From the NCBI RefSeq assembly GCF_006345805.1, contig NC_043023.1, positions 7,688,001 to 7,752,000 of the forward strand: a stretch of DNA of 64,000 nt, read 5' to 3'. A program made the translations under genes and the position numbers. The notes under the pieces are model-generated. The model worked only from the letters and a program-made list of their open reading frames with translations. It had not been told where the DNA came from and searched no databases. This document shows positions 1 to 10,918 of the stretch, in pieces. Within the stretch, counting starts at the first letter, position 1, and each line of letters starts with the position of its first letter. Source of the stretch: Octopus sinensis. Lineage: Eukaryota.

Positions 1-203
1 GTGACCATCTGCCACCTGTGTCGGTGGTACATAAAATCACCCACTACACTCTCGGAGTGGTTGGCGTTAGGAAGGGCATCCAGCTGTAGAAACACTGCCA
101 GATCTGACTGGCCTGGTGCAGCCTTCGGGCTTGCCAGACCCCAGTTGAACCGTCCAACCCATGCTAGCATGGAAAGCGGACGTTAAACGATGATGATGAT
201 GAT
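1..203 (+). mobile_element. 3' tail of RTE-clade LINE / RTE-tailed non-autonomous element ending in (GAT)n
   Basis: Ends in ccaacccatgctagcatggaaagcggacgttaaac(gat)n, the same tail that follows RTE ORF2 C-termini at 6862-7797 and 45690-46478. Confidence 0.8.
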
Positions 204-207
204 GGTG

Positions 208-575
208 AAGCCGGTCCTTGGTAAATTCCAAATTCCAGAATCCAAGCCGGTCCTTAGTAAATTCCAAATTCCAATCCGGTCCTTGGTAAATTCCAAATTC
301 CAAGTCGGTCATTAGTAAATTCCAAATTCCAAAATCCAAGCCGGTCCTTTGTAAATTCCAAATTCCAAAATCCAAGCCGGTCCTTAGTAAATTCCAAATT
401 CCAGAATCCAAGCCGGTCCTTAGTAAATTCCAAATTTCAGAATCCAAGCCGGTCCTTTGTAAATTCCAAATTCCAAAATCCAAGCCGGTCCTTAGTAAAT
501 TCCAAATTCCAGAATCCAAGCCGGTCCTTAGTAAATTCCAAATTCCAGAATCCAAGCTGGTCCTTAGTAAATTCC
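208..575. repeat. 36-bp minisatellite, about 10 units (left block)
   Basis: Unit aagccggtccttagtaaattccaaattccagaatcc, read directly; gives the 12-aa period RTGLDSGIWNLL in spurious ORF 67..825. Confidence 0.95.
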
Positions 576-634
576 TGGACAGACACAGCCGTCTTCTCTT
601 CTGCCTGTGGTTGTGTCCTGCATCATTCCTAACC

Positions 635-1681
635 TTACAAGAACATGTCTTCGAAGTAGGACTCGAATTCTTGGTCCCTACTCTTCGCAACTTCCACTTT
701 GGCCGGGCCCTCCCACACAGAAGAAGAACCACAACCGGAATCAGCTTCACTCCGTCTCTCTCCATCACCTTCACCTGCCGCAGACTCATCAGTCTCTTTA
801 TCCGCCCTCTTCGCATCCGACACATCGCCCTTGTAACGGCGATCCTTCTTCTTGTTTGCCTTTATCTCTTTCCTCTGGTGCCTGTAATTCAGCTTGTAAG
901 AGCAGTCGGGACACAGGCGAACCTTAACCAAAGCGTTTTTCTTCTCCCCATGCTCCACATAGCCGAAATTCACTTCCCAACTTCTCAGCCCTTCCTTCTC
1001 TGGGCATTTTTTCTCACCACACACAAACTGGCCCTTGCCGCTTATCACTTCCTTCTCCATCCTCCAGCGAAGGGCCACTTTGTTCTCCTTATATCGGCTG
1101 AGGTCGGTTATGCAATACTCCTTGTAGAGTTTATCGTAGTAGCGCTTGGCCAGCCTCTTCTCCCAGCTTGAATCTCCATCGTCGACGTCCAGATCGTCTC
1201 CATCGCTGTCATCGTCGTCCGACCACAGGAACCGATGGTGTTCCCGAATGATATCCAGGTCGGTCTTGTCCCGGGACGAGTCGCGCACGAACTCGGCACG
1301 CTTGCCTCCGTAGAACGTCAAGTAATCGTTGATGAACTTCTTGTGCCTCGAATAGGCGTCCATGCTGACGATTTTAAAGCGGTGGATACGAGATAACTCG
1401 GCAGAGCGCTCATTGTGCAAATGCTGTTTCTTCTGCCCGAAACTATCTTCGCGCCTCTGTCGCTTCCCCTCCACGTGGTCGCTGTACTTCGGATGTTTCC
1501 GTCGCCGCTTCTTCGCTTTCGTAGAAGGACGCGAAAGCGAAGCGTCTGCTTCGTCAGAGTCGCGTCTATCGTCGTCCGCTGTTGACCTTCGTGTGTTTCC
1601 GCTAATCTCCGGATCACTGTCGAAGTCGGAGTCGTAATAACTTCCTCGATGAACTTTCACAAAGTTTGTCTTCTCCGACAT
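635..1681 (-). CDS. FRA10AC1: Protein FRA10AC1 homologue (spliceosome-associated), single exon, 348 aa
   Basis: Uninterrupted ORF with recognisable FRA10AC1 blocks: YDSDF near the N-terminus, MDAYSRHKKFINDY, DKTDLDIIREHHRFLW, WEKRLAKRYYDKLYKEYCITDLSRYKENK, GKGQFVCG, LRSWEVNFGYVEHGEKKNALVKVRLC, C-terminal EFESYFEDMFL. Recognised from memory of the human protein. Confidence 0.96.
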   Translation of the reverse strand: MSEKTNFVKVHRGSYYDSDFDSDPEISGNTRRSTADDDRRDSDEADASLSRPSTKAKKRRRKHPKYSDHVEGKRQRREDSFGQKKQHLHNERSAELSRIHRFKIVSMDAYSRHKKFINDYLTFYGGKRAEFVRDSSRDKTDLDIIREHHRFLWSDDDDSDGDDLDVDDGDSSWEKRLAKRYYDKLYKEYCITDLSRYKENKVALRWRMEKEVISGKGQFVCGEKKCPEKEGLRSWEVNFGYVEHGEKKNALVKVRLCPDCSYKLNYRHQRKEIKANKKKDRRYKGDVSDAKRADKETDESAAGEGDGERRSEADSGCGSSSVWEGPAKVEVAKSRDQEFESYFEDMFL

Positions 1682-1843
1682 TTTGCTTTTCCTTCTTTCA
1701 GTTCAAATTAAATCAAATAAAATCAGATTCTCCCGGATAATTCTCCAATTTATGGTCGAACAGAATTTATATTTAGATGTAGAGTTATTAGTGACAGCAA
1801 AATTTCTGTTAGTACATCAGGTTAACAATATTATTTAGACTGG

Positions 1844-2039
1844 ATCCAAGCCAGTCCTTAGTAAATTCCAAATCCAGAATCCAAGCTGGTCCTTAGTAAA
1901 TTCCAAATTCCAGAATCCAAGCCGGTCCTTAGTAAATTCCAAATTCCAGAATCCAAGCCGGTCCTTAGTAAATTCCAAATTCCAGAATCCAAGCCGGTCC
2001 TTAGTAAATTCCAAATTCCAGAATCCAAGCCGGTCCTTT
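1844..2039. repeat. 36-bp minisatellite, about 5.5 units (right block, same orientation as left)
   Basis: Same unit as 208-575. Confidence 0.95.
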
Positions 2040-2509
2040 GACCGGCAGATTTAAAAAATAATTTTTGTAACTAAACACTTTTAAACTTCGTATACTGGTA
2101 GAAGAAGAAAAAAACTCGGCCTATTCATGTGGCAGGGTCCGAAGTTATAGTTCACTGTATTGTAAATCCAGGGTAGTGCTCCAGTTATCCAGCAGAATGA
2201 TACACAAAGCAATGTCTTGTCTTGTATATGTATATATATATGAAATTATAAATTATATATAAGAAGAGATATATAATTATTACCTTTGAAGGTTATTTTT
2301 TTTCCATCTGACCACTTGATAAGTTCGTAATTTTAATTTAAATTAACGATCTTATCCTTATATATATATATTTATTTATATATATATATTTAGATGCTCT
2401 TCATTGTGTTGTTAAAATGCAGTTTCCAGAAGTATGTTGTTAGCCTTAAGATGTTAGAAAACATATATCTAGTTATATATGCTGTATGTATATATAATTA
2501 TAAAGTATG

Positions 2510-3570
2510 TTGTATGGTTATAGAGTATGTAAAGCGTGTATGTGTGTGATGTATTACGAAATATGTGTCTTAAAATTATATGGTATGTTGTATGTATATA
2601 TAGTTTATAAGGTATGTAATATGTGTGTGTATATATGTATATATATATGATATAAACTGATGTAATGTGTGTATAAGTTGCTCTCAAAACAAAATGTCCT
2701 GCAGTAGAAGCTATTATATATGCGTTTGTGTTTGATCTGTTTATATAGTCCAAGAATGTATGTATATAAAGGCGACGGACGAGAAACGTTGGAAATATTT
2801 TTCCTGAGAAACAAAGGAAATCTGATGTTGTTATCTCTCCTTGGTTATTGTCGCCGGTGTCGACTAAACAACAGTACCCGTTTACGTGGTGGACCGGACG
2901 GAATAGCTCCATCGTCGCTTTCGATAAATATAGCTGTGCACAATCACAAACGCAAATATTATAGCTTCTACTGCAGGACATGTTGTTTTGAGAGCAACTT
3001 ATACACACATTACATTAGTTTATATATTATATATATATATATATAAGTAGCTTGCTTACCAACCATATGGTTCCGGGTTCAGTCCCACTTCGTGGCACCT
3101 TGGGCAAGTGTTTTCTACTATAGACTCGGGCCGACCAAAGCCTCGTGAGTGGATTTGGTAGACGGAAACTGAAAGAAGCCCGTCGTATATATATATGTGT
3201 GTGTGCGTGTGTGTTTGTATATCTGTGTTTGCCCCCCTAGCATTGCTTCACAACCGATGCTGATGTGTTTATGTCCCCGTAAGTTAGCGGTTCGGCAAAA
3301 GCGACCGATAGAATAAGTACTAGGCTTACAAAAGAATAAGTCCCGGGGTCGAGTTGCTCGATTAAAGGCGGTGCTCCATCATGGCCGCAGTCAAATGAGT
3401 GAAACAAGTAAAAGAGTAAAGAGAGATATACACACACGCATACACACACACATACACATTACATACCTTATAACTATATATACATACGACATACCGTATA
3501 ATTTTATTAAGACATACATATTTCATAATACATCACACATACACACTTTACATACTCTATAACCATATTA
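2510..3570. mobile_element. Fold-back / MITE-like inverted repeat; right arm interrupted by a SINE
   Basis: 2650-2745 is the reverse complement of 2930-3025, and 2510-2630 is the reverse complement of about 3450-3570. Confidence 0.55.
3045..3420 (+). mobile_element. tRNA-derived SINE family A, 5'-truncated
   Basis: B-box-like ggttcagtccc, body ggcaccttgggcaagtg...gaaactgaaagaagcccgtcg, tail tgactgaaacaagtaaaaga; over 20 copies in the window. Confidence 0.85.
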
Positions 3571-3750
3571 GGCTTCCAGTGTTAGTATAGGATCGCCAAC
3601 CATGACTCACTATGTGACTTCCTGAGAGAATCTTTTGTTCAATCAGGTCAGATAGGAAACATTTCTTTGAAATTCTTTCAGTGTCATCGAAAACCCAATT
3701 GCCAAGGTGCCATTCACTGCAATGATTTTTCCGATGAAAAAACTTACATT

Positions 3751-4185
3751 GGATCTTTTCGGTTTGACCGGCAGTTTTTAAAATAATTTCCACAAAACTA
3801 AACACTTTTAAACTTCGTATACTGATAGAATGTGTTTATAAAACATCTTTTTCTCTTGGCTTTATTGAGAAAATTCTATAGTTTCTAAGATATTTGTTGT
3901 TTTTTCTTTCTTCAATTTCTGCAATTTCAACCAATCAGTGACATCTATAGAGGTAAAAAGCATTCTGTGCCGTATAAATATGTCCCTCGTTTAAGAAACA
4001 GATTGGGTTTATTTACATTTCTGAAGAAAAAAAGATACCCTTCCCCCACTCCTAACCCTAACCCTAACTAACCCCGAACCCTAAAACAGATTGAAATGCA
4101 ATAGATCGATACTAGGGTCATAATTATGGGTGACAATTTCATATGACACTGCTAGAAAAAACTTCCATTCAAACCGAAAAGATCC
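3751..4185. mobile_element. MITE, about 435 bp, TIR GGATCTTTTCGGTTTGA
   Basis: ggatcttttcggtttga...tcaaaccgaaaagatcc; second copy inverted at 52572-53046 and a fragment at about 2037-2104. Confidence 0.85.
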
Positions 4186-4307
4186 TGTTTGTACACTGTA
4201 AACCTGTATACCTCCAATGTGAGATATATTTGCCATATTGAGATGGCAAATATACCTCACATTGTCGTGCAGTTACTGTTTATACTTCGTTCAGAGATTA
4301 ATTATTG

Positions 4308-4344
<37 letters not shown>

Positions 4345-4346
<2 letters not shown>

Positions 4347-4489
4347 ACTCGCAATACCAGAGGGCGCACACTCTCCTACTCTGATGTAATCTCCAGGGAT
4401 ACAGGCATCCACCAATAGGACCTCCATAATGCCATGATGGACCGTGAAGTCTGGCGTAGCATGGTAAATTCCATTGTCTCGACCACGGT

Positions 4490-4492
<3 letters not shown>
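4345..4492 (+). mobile_element. 3' end of a second RTE-clade LINE family
   Basis: Matches the 3' portion of 8845-9245 and 16607-17020. Confidence 0.75.
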
Positions 4493-4530
<38 letters not shown>

Positions 4531-4566
4531 TATAATATATATATTATATATATATATATATACATA

Positions 4567-4599
<33 letters not shown>

Positions 4600-5061
4600 C
4601 TATGTGTGTATACCACACACACATATGTTCTATGTATATATCAGTATATATATATATATACATCTATGTATGTATGTATATATATATATAATATATATAT
4701 ATATAATATATATAATATATATATACATATATCTATATATATATATATCTATATATATATATACATCTATGTATGTATGTATATCTATATATACATACTA
4801 TGTGCATATGTGTATATATAATATATATTATATATATATATATATATATATCATATGAAATAGAAAGATGAATAATCTTGTAGTAGATTAATCAAAAGTT
4901 TAACCGATACCTTAGTAGCAAAAATCACAGCAGTAAACAGCACGGTTGGAGGTACAACCATCTGGCGTTGCAACCGTGCGTTGGTGCGGATAATTGAAAT
5001 TAAAACATTATTGGTGAATTGAAGAATGGAGCTGAACGCAGATTGAACACAAATCGTTTTA

Positions 5062-5150
5062 TTTCATTCTACACGTGTTTCGAAAGGCACAAATTACCAA
5101 AATCCGATTGAATAATGGGACCATATTGTGTCTTTCTCTTCAGGAAGAAA
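5062..5150 (-). ncRNA. Type I hammerhead ribozyme with intact catalytic core
   Basis: Minus-strand RNA UUUCUUC-CUGAAGA-GAAAGACACAA[loop]UUGUGCCUUUC-GAAA-CACGUG-UA-GAAUGAAA: 7-bp bulged stem I, CUGANGA core, stem II closed by G-C, GAAA, palindromic stem III, GUA cleavage triplet. Folded by hand. Confidence 0.8.
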
Positions 5151-5599
5151 AAAGGAAATCCGTTGGAAAAACAAAAACAGAACAGAGGCGGAGCAAAAAA
5201 CAAATCGAACTGTGCTCCTAAGAGCCCATGGCGAAACTGTTTATCAGTGTATGTTGAGAACCGGTGGCTGAAGAATTCAACGGGTCAGGCATCGGTCAAT
5301 CATGTGGGTGAGGGTGTATAGATGTTCTTTGTGACCGAGAATAAAGTTCTGACTATTTAAGGAATATTGGATGTTTTATAAGGGGCGAGAAAAAATCTAC
5401 TTAGAGACGTGTGTGTGTGTATACTGTTCTATATATGTGTGTGTTGGCGTAGGGGTAGAAAACATTTTTTGTGTACGTGTGGCGTTTGATCGTTCGGCTG
5501 TCAGTGGCTACTGCCGTGATAACCGTTGGGTGGCAGAAAGAAAAAAATAAAAAAAATATATATATATTATGTTTTATGTGTGTGTGTGTTCATCTAAGC

Positions 5600-6760
5600 C
5601 TGCCTTGTCAAGGAAACCCCCCGCTGTGAGAAAACCAAGCCCCGTTTGTCTTACAGGAGTAATTCCCCTTGCAGTGGTTAATCGTAGATATCTTAAAGCT
5701 ATTTCAGAATTTGTTACCAAGGGCTATGGGTGCCGGTATTATTTATAAACGCTATTTAAAGGCCAGATAAGTGTAACGCCGCCAATGGGGGCATCGAAAA
5801 GCCGACTGTAAGAGCCCGTTTACCATCCAGCCTCTGGCAAACAAAATATGGAAGAGTTCGGAGACACAGGTTGCACTGTCTTCTGCCCCTATCAAATGGG
5901 AGGGCCACCGACAAAATTGACCATTCCAGCCTATAGCTTAAGTTCGCATCCTTCAGTCGCCATATTAGCTTACTGAGTCCCGTGGTCTGGCGCTTGTTCA
6001 CGTCCCGAAAAGTTGCGTAATGATTGGAGACATGCAAAGACAATCTTGAGGATGATGCCCCTACATAAGTGAAGGCATCTGAGTCCGTGTAAACCTTGCA
6101 TTGGTAGACGGCGTTTTTGATCTTGGAGTTCGCCGACGTGAATCTTATCTGCTAGGATTAGTTTCTGAAATAGAACTGCGTTCCTGTCACTATATTCGTT
6201 CCGAGACCTGCAGCCGCTTACTACTCTATTTTCCACTACGTCACTATTAACTATAGTAATAACCCCTGATTCTCCACTATCTATCAGAGTGCTGTCATTG
6301 CTACTGCCCGTGGTACTGCTATTGCGGGAATGATGCTGGGGATGCTAATGGGGCTCTCTACCCTACTCCCATTATTACCGTCAACCACACACCCCTATTA
6401 TAAACTATACCCCTAGTGGGTACTCCCTGGCTGGAGCTGAGATTATGTGTCACTGTACTGGCTCTCATATCATTATTACTACTATAATTATTCCTACTGA
6501 GCATTAAACCGGGAGCGGCAGAGGCTGTGCCTCCGGAAAAAGGTGATAGGGTCTTAGTAAGTAGCCTATTATTATGGGAGGCGATTATCTGGGCGAGGTT
6601 TTAGTGTTGGAGAAAGCTATCCTAACTTTATGTGAGTTAACCGTGGAGTAATATTTGGAATTTCTGGGGAAGTTATTGGCGATGGCTTGTCTAAACATGA
6701 GGGGGAGGTTAGTTCTAATCTGCTTACAAAGGGGATTACAAACCATATTGCTTATTCCTA
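5600..6760 (-). mobile_element. Degenerate Penelope-like retroelement (RT-thumb linker plus GIY-YIG endonuclease)
   Basis: Manual translation of about 6155-5756: KNAVYQCKV...YVGASSSRLSLHVSNHYATFR...TGLSKLIWRLKD...WSIL...CNLCL. From about 6750-6560 (frameshifted): IWFVIPF/CKQIRTNL...NNFPRNSKYY...KVRIAFSNT/NLAQIIASHNNR. Both are typical PLE motifs. Confidence 0.8.
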
Positions 6761-6861
6761 TCAGTGTGATGTATATATATAGATATATATATATCCATAT
6801 ATATATCTATATATACATACATATGTATGTGTGTATATATATATATATAATATCATCCATC

Positions 6862-7797
6862 CATCATCATCGTTTAGCGTCCATTTTCCATGCTAGCATG
6901 GGTTGGACGGTTTCTTACTGGGGTCTGTGAAGCCAGAAGGCTTCATCAGGCCCAGTCAAATCTGGCAGTGTTTCTACGGCTGGATGCCCTTCCTAACGCC
7001 AACCACTCCGTGAGTGTAGTGGGTGCTTTTTACGTGCCACCCGCACTGGTGCCAGACAGAGCTGGCAAACGGCCACGAACGGATGGTGCTTTTTATGTGC
7101 CAGGCGAGGCTGGCAACGGACACGAAACGGGGCGGTGCTGGCAACGGTCGCGAAATGGAAAGTTCTCTTACATGCCACCGGCACTGGTAACACATCTGCA
7201 ATTTCCATTGATCGATTTCCATTGATCGATTTCGATTCTGATCGTCACTTGCCTCAACGGGTCTTCACAAGCAGAGTTTTGACATACCCCGGCACTGGTA
7301 GCACATCCGCAATTTCCATTGATCGATTTCGATTCTGATCCTCACTTGCCTCATCACGTCTTCACAAGTAGAGTTTTGTGTCCCAAGAAGGGAAGGTATG
7401 CATACGTAGCTGGCTCCATCCATGTAGAAGGCCACGGGTTATGGACTCACTTGTCCTGCCGGGTCTTCTCGCGCACAGCACACTTCCAGAGGTTCTCGGT
7501 CTCTAGTCATTTCCTCAGTGAGACCTAAAGTTCGAAGGTCGTGCTTCACCACCTCGTCCCAGGTTTTCCTGGGTCTGCCTCTTCCACAGGTTCCCTCAAC
7601 CGCTAGGGTGTGGCACTTTTTCACACAACTATCTTCATCCATTCTCGCCACATGACCATACCAGCGCAAACGTCTCTCTTGCACACCACAACTGATGCTT
7701 CTTAGGTCCAGCTTTTCTCTCAAGGTACTTACACTCTGCCGAGTGTGAGTACCGGCATTACACATCCATCGGAGCATACTGGCTTCATTTCTAGCGA
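6862..7797 (-). mobile_element. 5'-truncated RTE-clade LINE (ORF2 C-terminus, 3' UTR, (GAT)n tail)
   Basis: MLRWMC...LREKL...[20 protein letters not shown]...[13 protein letters not shown], followed by a repeat-containing UTR and (GAT)n. Confidence 0.9.
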
Positions 7798-8452
7798 GCT
7801 TATGTACATGCATATATCTATATGTGTGTATATATACATTCACACACATATAGGAAGAGAAGGAGAGAGAAAAAGACTGATGATGATATGTAGGCAAAGA
7901 GTGTGGGGGTAGGGGGGGCGACATGAAAGGGAAACACATAATGAAATTCCGCTGTTACAAAAACTGATTATTTACAGTTGTTCAAAAGCGATCTGTCATA
8001 GCAGATGGATGTGTTGTGAAGTGTCAAAATGAACATGGGGACACGTCCTTGGCAGGGATGCGAAAATAGAACCATGGGGAGGGATAAGGGTAGAGGAATG
8101 AAAAGGGTGTTTTGACATGCAATGTGTCTGTGTGTGTGTACGCTGAGGAAGGTGAAAACGATAATGTAATATGTGCATGTGTGTGTGCGTGCGTGTATGT
8201 GTATGTGTGCGTGCGTGTATGTGTGTATGTGTGTGTGTGCATGTGTGTATGTGTGTGCGTGTGTATGTGTGCGTGTGTGAATGTGTGTGTGTGTGTGTGT
8301 GTGTGTGTTTATAGTCTCTATTTAAATATATCCCTCACCATGCTATGTATAATGTCATACATAAATAGTTGTACATGAGTGTGTGTGTGAATGGGTGCAT
8401 AAGACAGTATATATATATATATATATATAATATAATATATATATATATATTA

Positions 8453-8496
<44 letters not shown>

Positions 8497-8844
8497 GTAT
8501 GTGTGTGTATATTTTTAGCTGGAAGGAAGGTGTCTTTGGCTCTCTTTATAGAAATTCTTGTTCTCATGAGTGACATAAAAAATGGTGAAATTAGTCTCGC
8601 TATAAATCTAATAAGCTGACCTGCCACTTTCTGTCATTCCAGATTGAAGGAAATGGCTGTACCAGCACTCTGAACTCTCCCTACTAAATACTGATTGTCA
8701 TAGCCTGACAAGTTTACAGAATTTAGATGGAATGTGAAGACAATTTGGAAAAGACTTTCTAACTAGAAAGGGTATGGCCTGGTCAGCCTGTAATGACATG
8801 CATAAGATGTGGTCATCAAATCTAAGTAGAGACTGCAAACTTAA

Positions 8845-9245
8845 AATCTTCAAAGCCACAGTCGAACCAATTCTACTACATGGCTCAGAAACCTGGACGT
8901 AATCAAAGAAGCTTGAGAGGCGGTTGGATGGAACCTACACTCGCCTCCTTATGAGAGCTCAATATCTCTCGTGGAAGCGCCATCCAACCAAAATGCAAAT
9001 ATATGGGAAACTACCACCTGTGTCATCTCTTGTGAAAGGTAGGAGAGTCCAAGGCAATTTCTACTCTTCTCCTCTGGAAACCATCTACTCGCAATACCAG
9101 AGGGCGCACACTCTCCTACCCTGATGTAATCTCCAGGGATACAGGCATCCAGCAACAGGACCTCCGTAATGCTATGATGGACCGTGAAGTCTGGCGTAAC
9201 ATAGTAAATTCCATTGTCTCGACCACGGTCGAACAATGATGATGA
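8845..9245 (+). mobile_element. RTE-clade LINE 3' fragment (second family), with stop and deletion
   Basis: FKATVEPILLHGSETW...LDGTYTRLLMRAQ, ending in (GAT)n. Confidence 0.8.
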
Positions 9246-9327
9246 ATGAAGGTTTTGTGTTAAAATGGAAGAAAATGCTACAGAAATTTATGTCAAGGAT
9301 AACTGTAAATATGAAGGGTGTTTTGGG

Positions 9328-9684
9328 GTAAGAAGCTTGCTTCCCAACCACATGGTTCCGGGTTCAGTCCTACTATGTGGCACCTTGGGAAAATGTCTTC
9401 TACTATAGCCTCTGCCTGACCAAAGCCTTCTGAGTGGATTTGTGGATTTGGTAGACGGAAACTGAAAGAAGCCCATCGTGTGTGTGTGTGTGTGTGTTTG
9501 TGTCTGTGTTTACATCCCCATTACTTAGCAGGTTGGCAAAAGAGACTGATATAATAAATACTAGGCTTAACAAATAAGCCCTGGAGTCAATTTGTTCAAC
9601 TAAAAGGAAAAAAAAAAAACTCTTCAAGGCGGTGCTCCAGCATGGCTGCAATCAAATGACTGAAACAAGTAAAAGAATAAAAGA
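9328..9684 (+). mobile_element. SINE family A
   Basis: Family A body and tail. Confidence 0.8.
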
Positions 9685-9845
9685 ATTTTTAGCTGGAAGG
9701 AAGGTGACCCTGGCTCTGTTTATAGAAATTCTTGTTTCTCATGAGTTGTATAAAAAACGGTGGAGATAATCCCAGGAACAAGTTTTCATTTAATAGTGAC
9801 ACTTTAATCTTCCACTAAATAAAATTACACAGTAAACCAGATTTG

Positions 9846-10228
9846 GAAGCACTCCGTCGGTTACGACGATGAGGGTTCCGGTTGATCCGAATCAATGGAA
9901 CAGCCTGCTCGTGAAATTAACGTGTAAGTGGCTGAGCACTCCACAGACACGTGTACCCTTAATGTAGTTCTCGGGGATATTCAGCGTGACACAGAGAGTG
10001 ACAAGGCTGGTCCTTTGAAATACAGGTACAGCAGAAACAGGAAGTAAGAGTGAGAGAAAGTTGTGGTGAAAGAGTACAGCAGGGATCACCACCATCCCTG
10101 CCGGAGCCTCGCGGGGCTTTAGGTGTTTTCGCTCAATAAACACTCACAAACGCCCAGTCTGGGAATCGAAACCGCGATCCTACGACCACGAGTCCGCTGC
10201 CCTAACCACTGGGCCATTGCGCCTCCAC
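9846..10228 (-). mobile_element. tRNA-derived SINE family C
   Basis: Minus-strand head gtggaggcgcaatggcccagtggttagggcagcggactc...ggtttcgattccc with Pol III A and B boxes; near-identical copy at 18517-18904. Confidence 0.85.
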
Positions 10229-10339
10229 AAACCAGATTAACCAGATTAACACAGAAAATATGAACTGTAGAAAATCGTACATCATTGGTTTTACAACTCA
10301 GTCGAACTTGGTTACATCTGCTTCCAGAGGAACAAAAAA

Positions 10340-10716
10340 CACCATCCGAGTGTGATCGCTGTGACCATTGCCAGAGCAGCCAACTGGCTTCCATATCCGT
10401 GGCACGTAAAAGGGCACCATTCGAGCGTGATCATTACCAACGTCGCTTCACTGGCACCTGTGTCGGTGGGCACGTGTAAAAAAGATTCGAGCAAGGTCAT
10501 TGCCAGTACCGCCTGACTAGCCCCCATGCTGGTAGTACGTAAAAAGCACCCACTACACTCTCAGAGTGGTTGGCGTTAGGAAGGGCATCCATCTGTAGAA
10601 ACTCTGCCAGATCAAGATTGGAGCCTGGTGCAGCCATCTGGTTCGCTAGCCCACAGTCAAAACCGTCCAACCCATGCTATGATGGAAAACGGACGTTAAA
10701 TGATGATGGTGATGAT
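10340..10716 (+). mobile_element. RTE 3'-UTR-derived element with (GAT)n tail
   Basis: Shares tggttggcgttaggaagggcatcc...ccaacccatgct...(gat)n. Confidence 0.75.
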
Positions 10717-10918
10717 AGCTTCCTGGAAACAACCTCTCCCCTCTGAGTTAAAATGAAAGAACTCATGCTGTTTAGTAACAGAATGGGCTCTGGCTAGCAC
10801 TTTTAATCTGCTACTTTTAGTGGTCTGTTGTGCAATGTGGTTGGATACCAGCTAAGTATCCCACAAAAAGCTAGACCAAGCTAAATGCCTGATACAACAA
10901 GGTATTTCAGCATCATAA

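Noticed and set aside
67-825. 252-aa ORF with RTGLDSGIWNLL repeats and a His run
   Set aside because: It is a translation of the 36-bp minisatellite and (GAT)n tail, overlapping FRA10AC1 in another frame.
611-1171. 186-aa plus-strand ORF
   Set aside because: Antisense shadow of the FRA10AC1 CDS with no recognisable motif.
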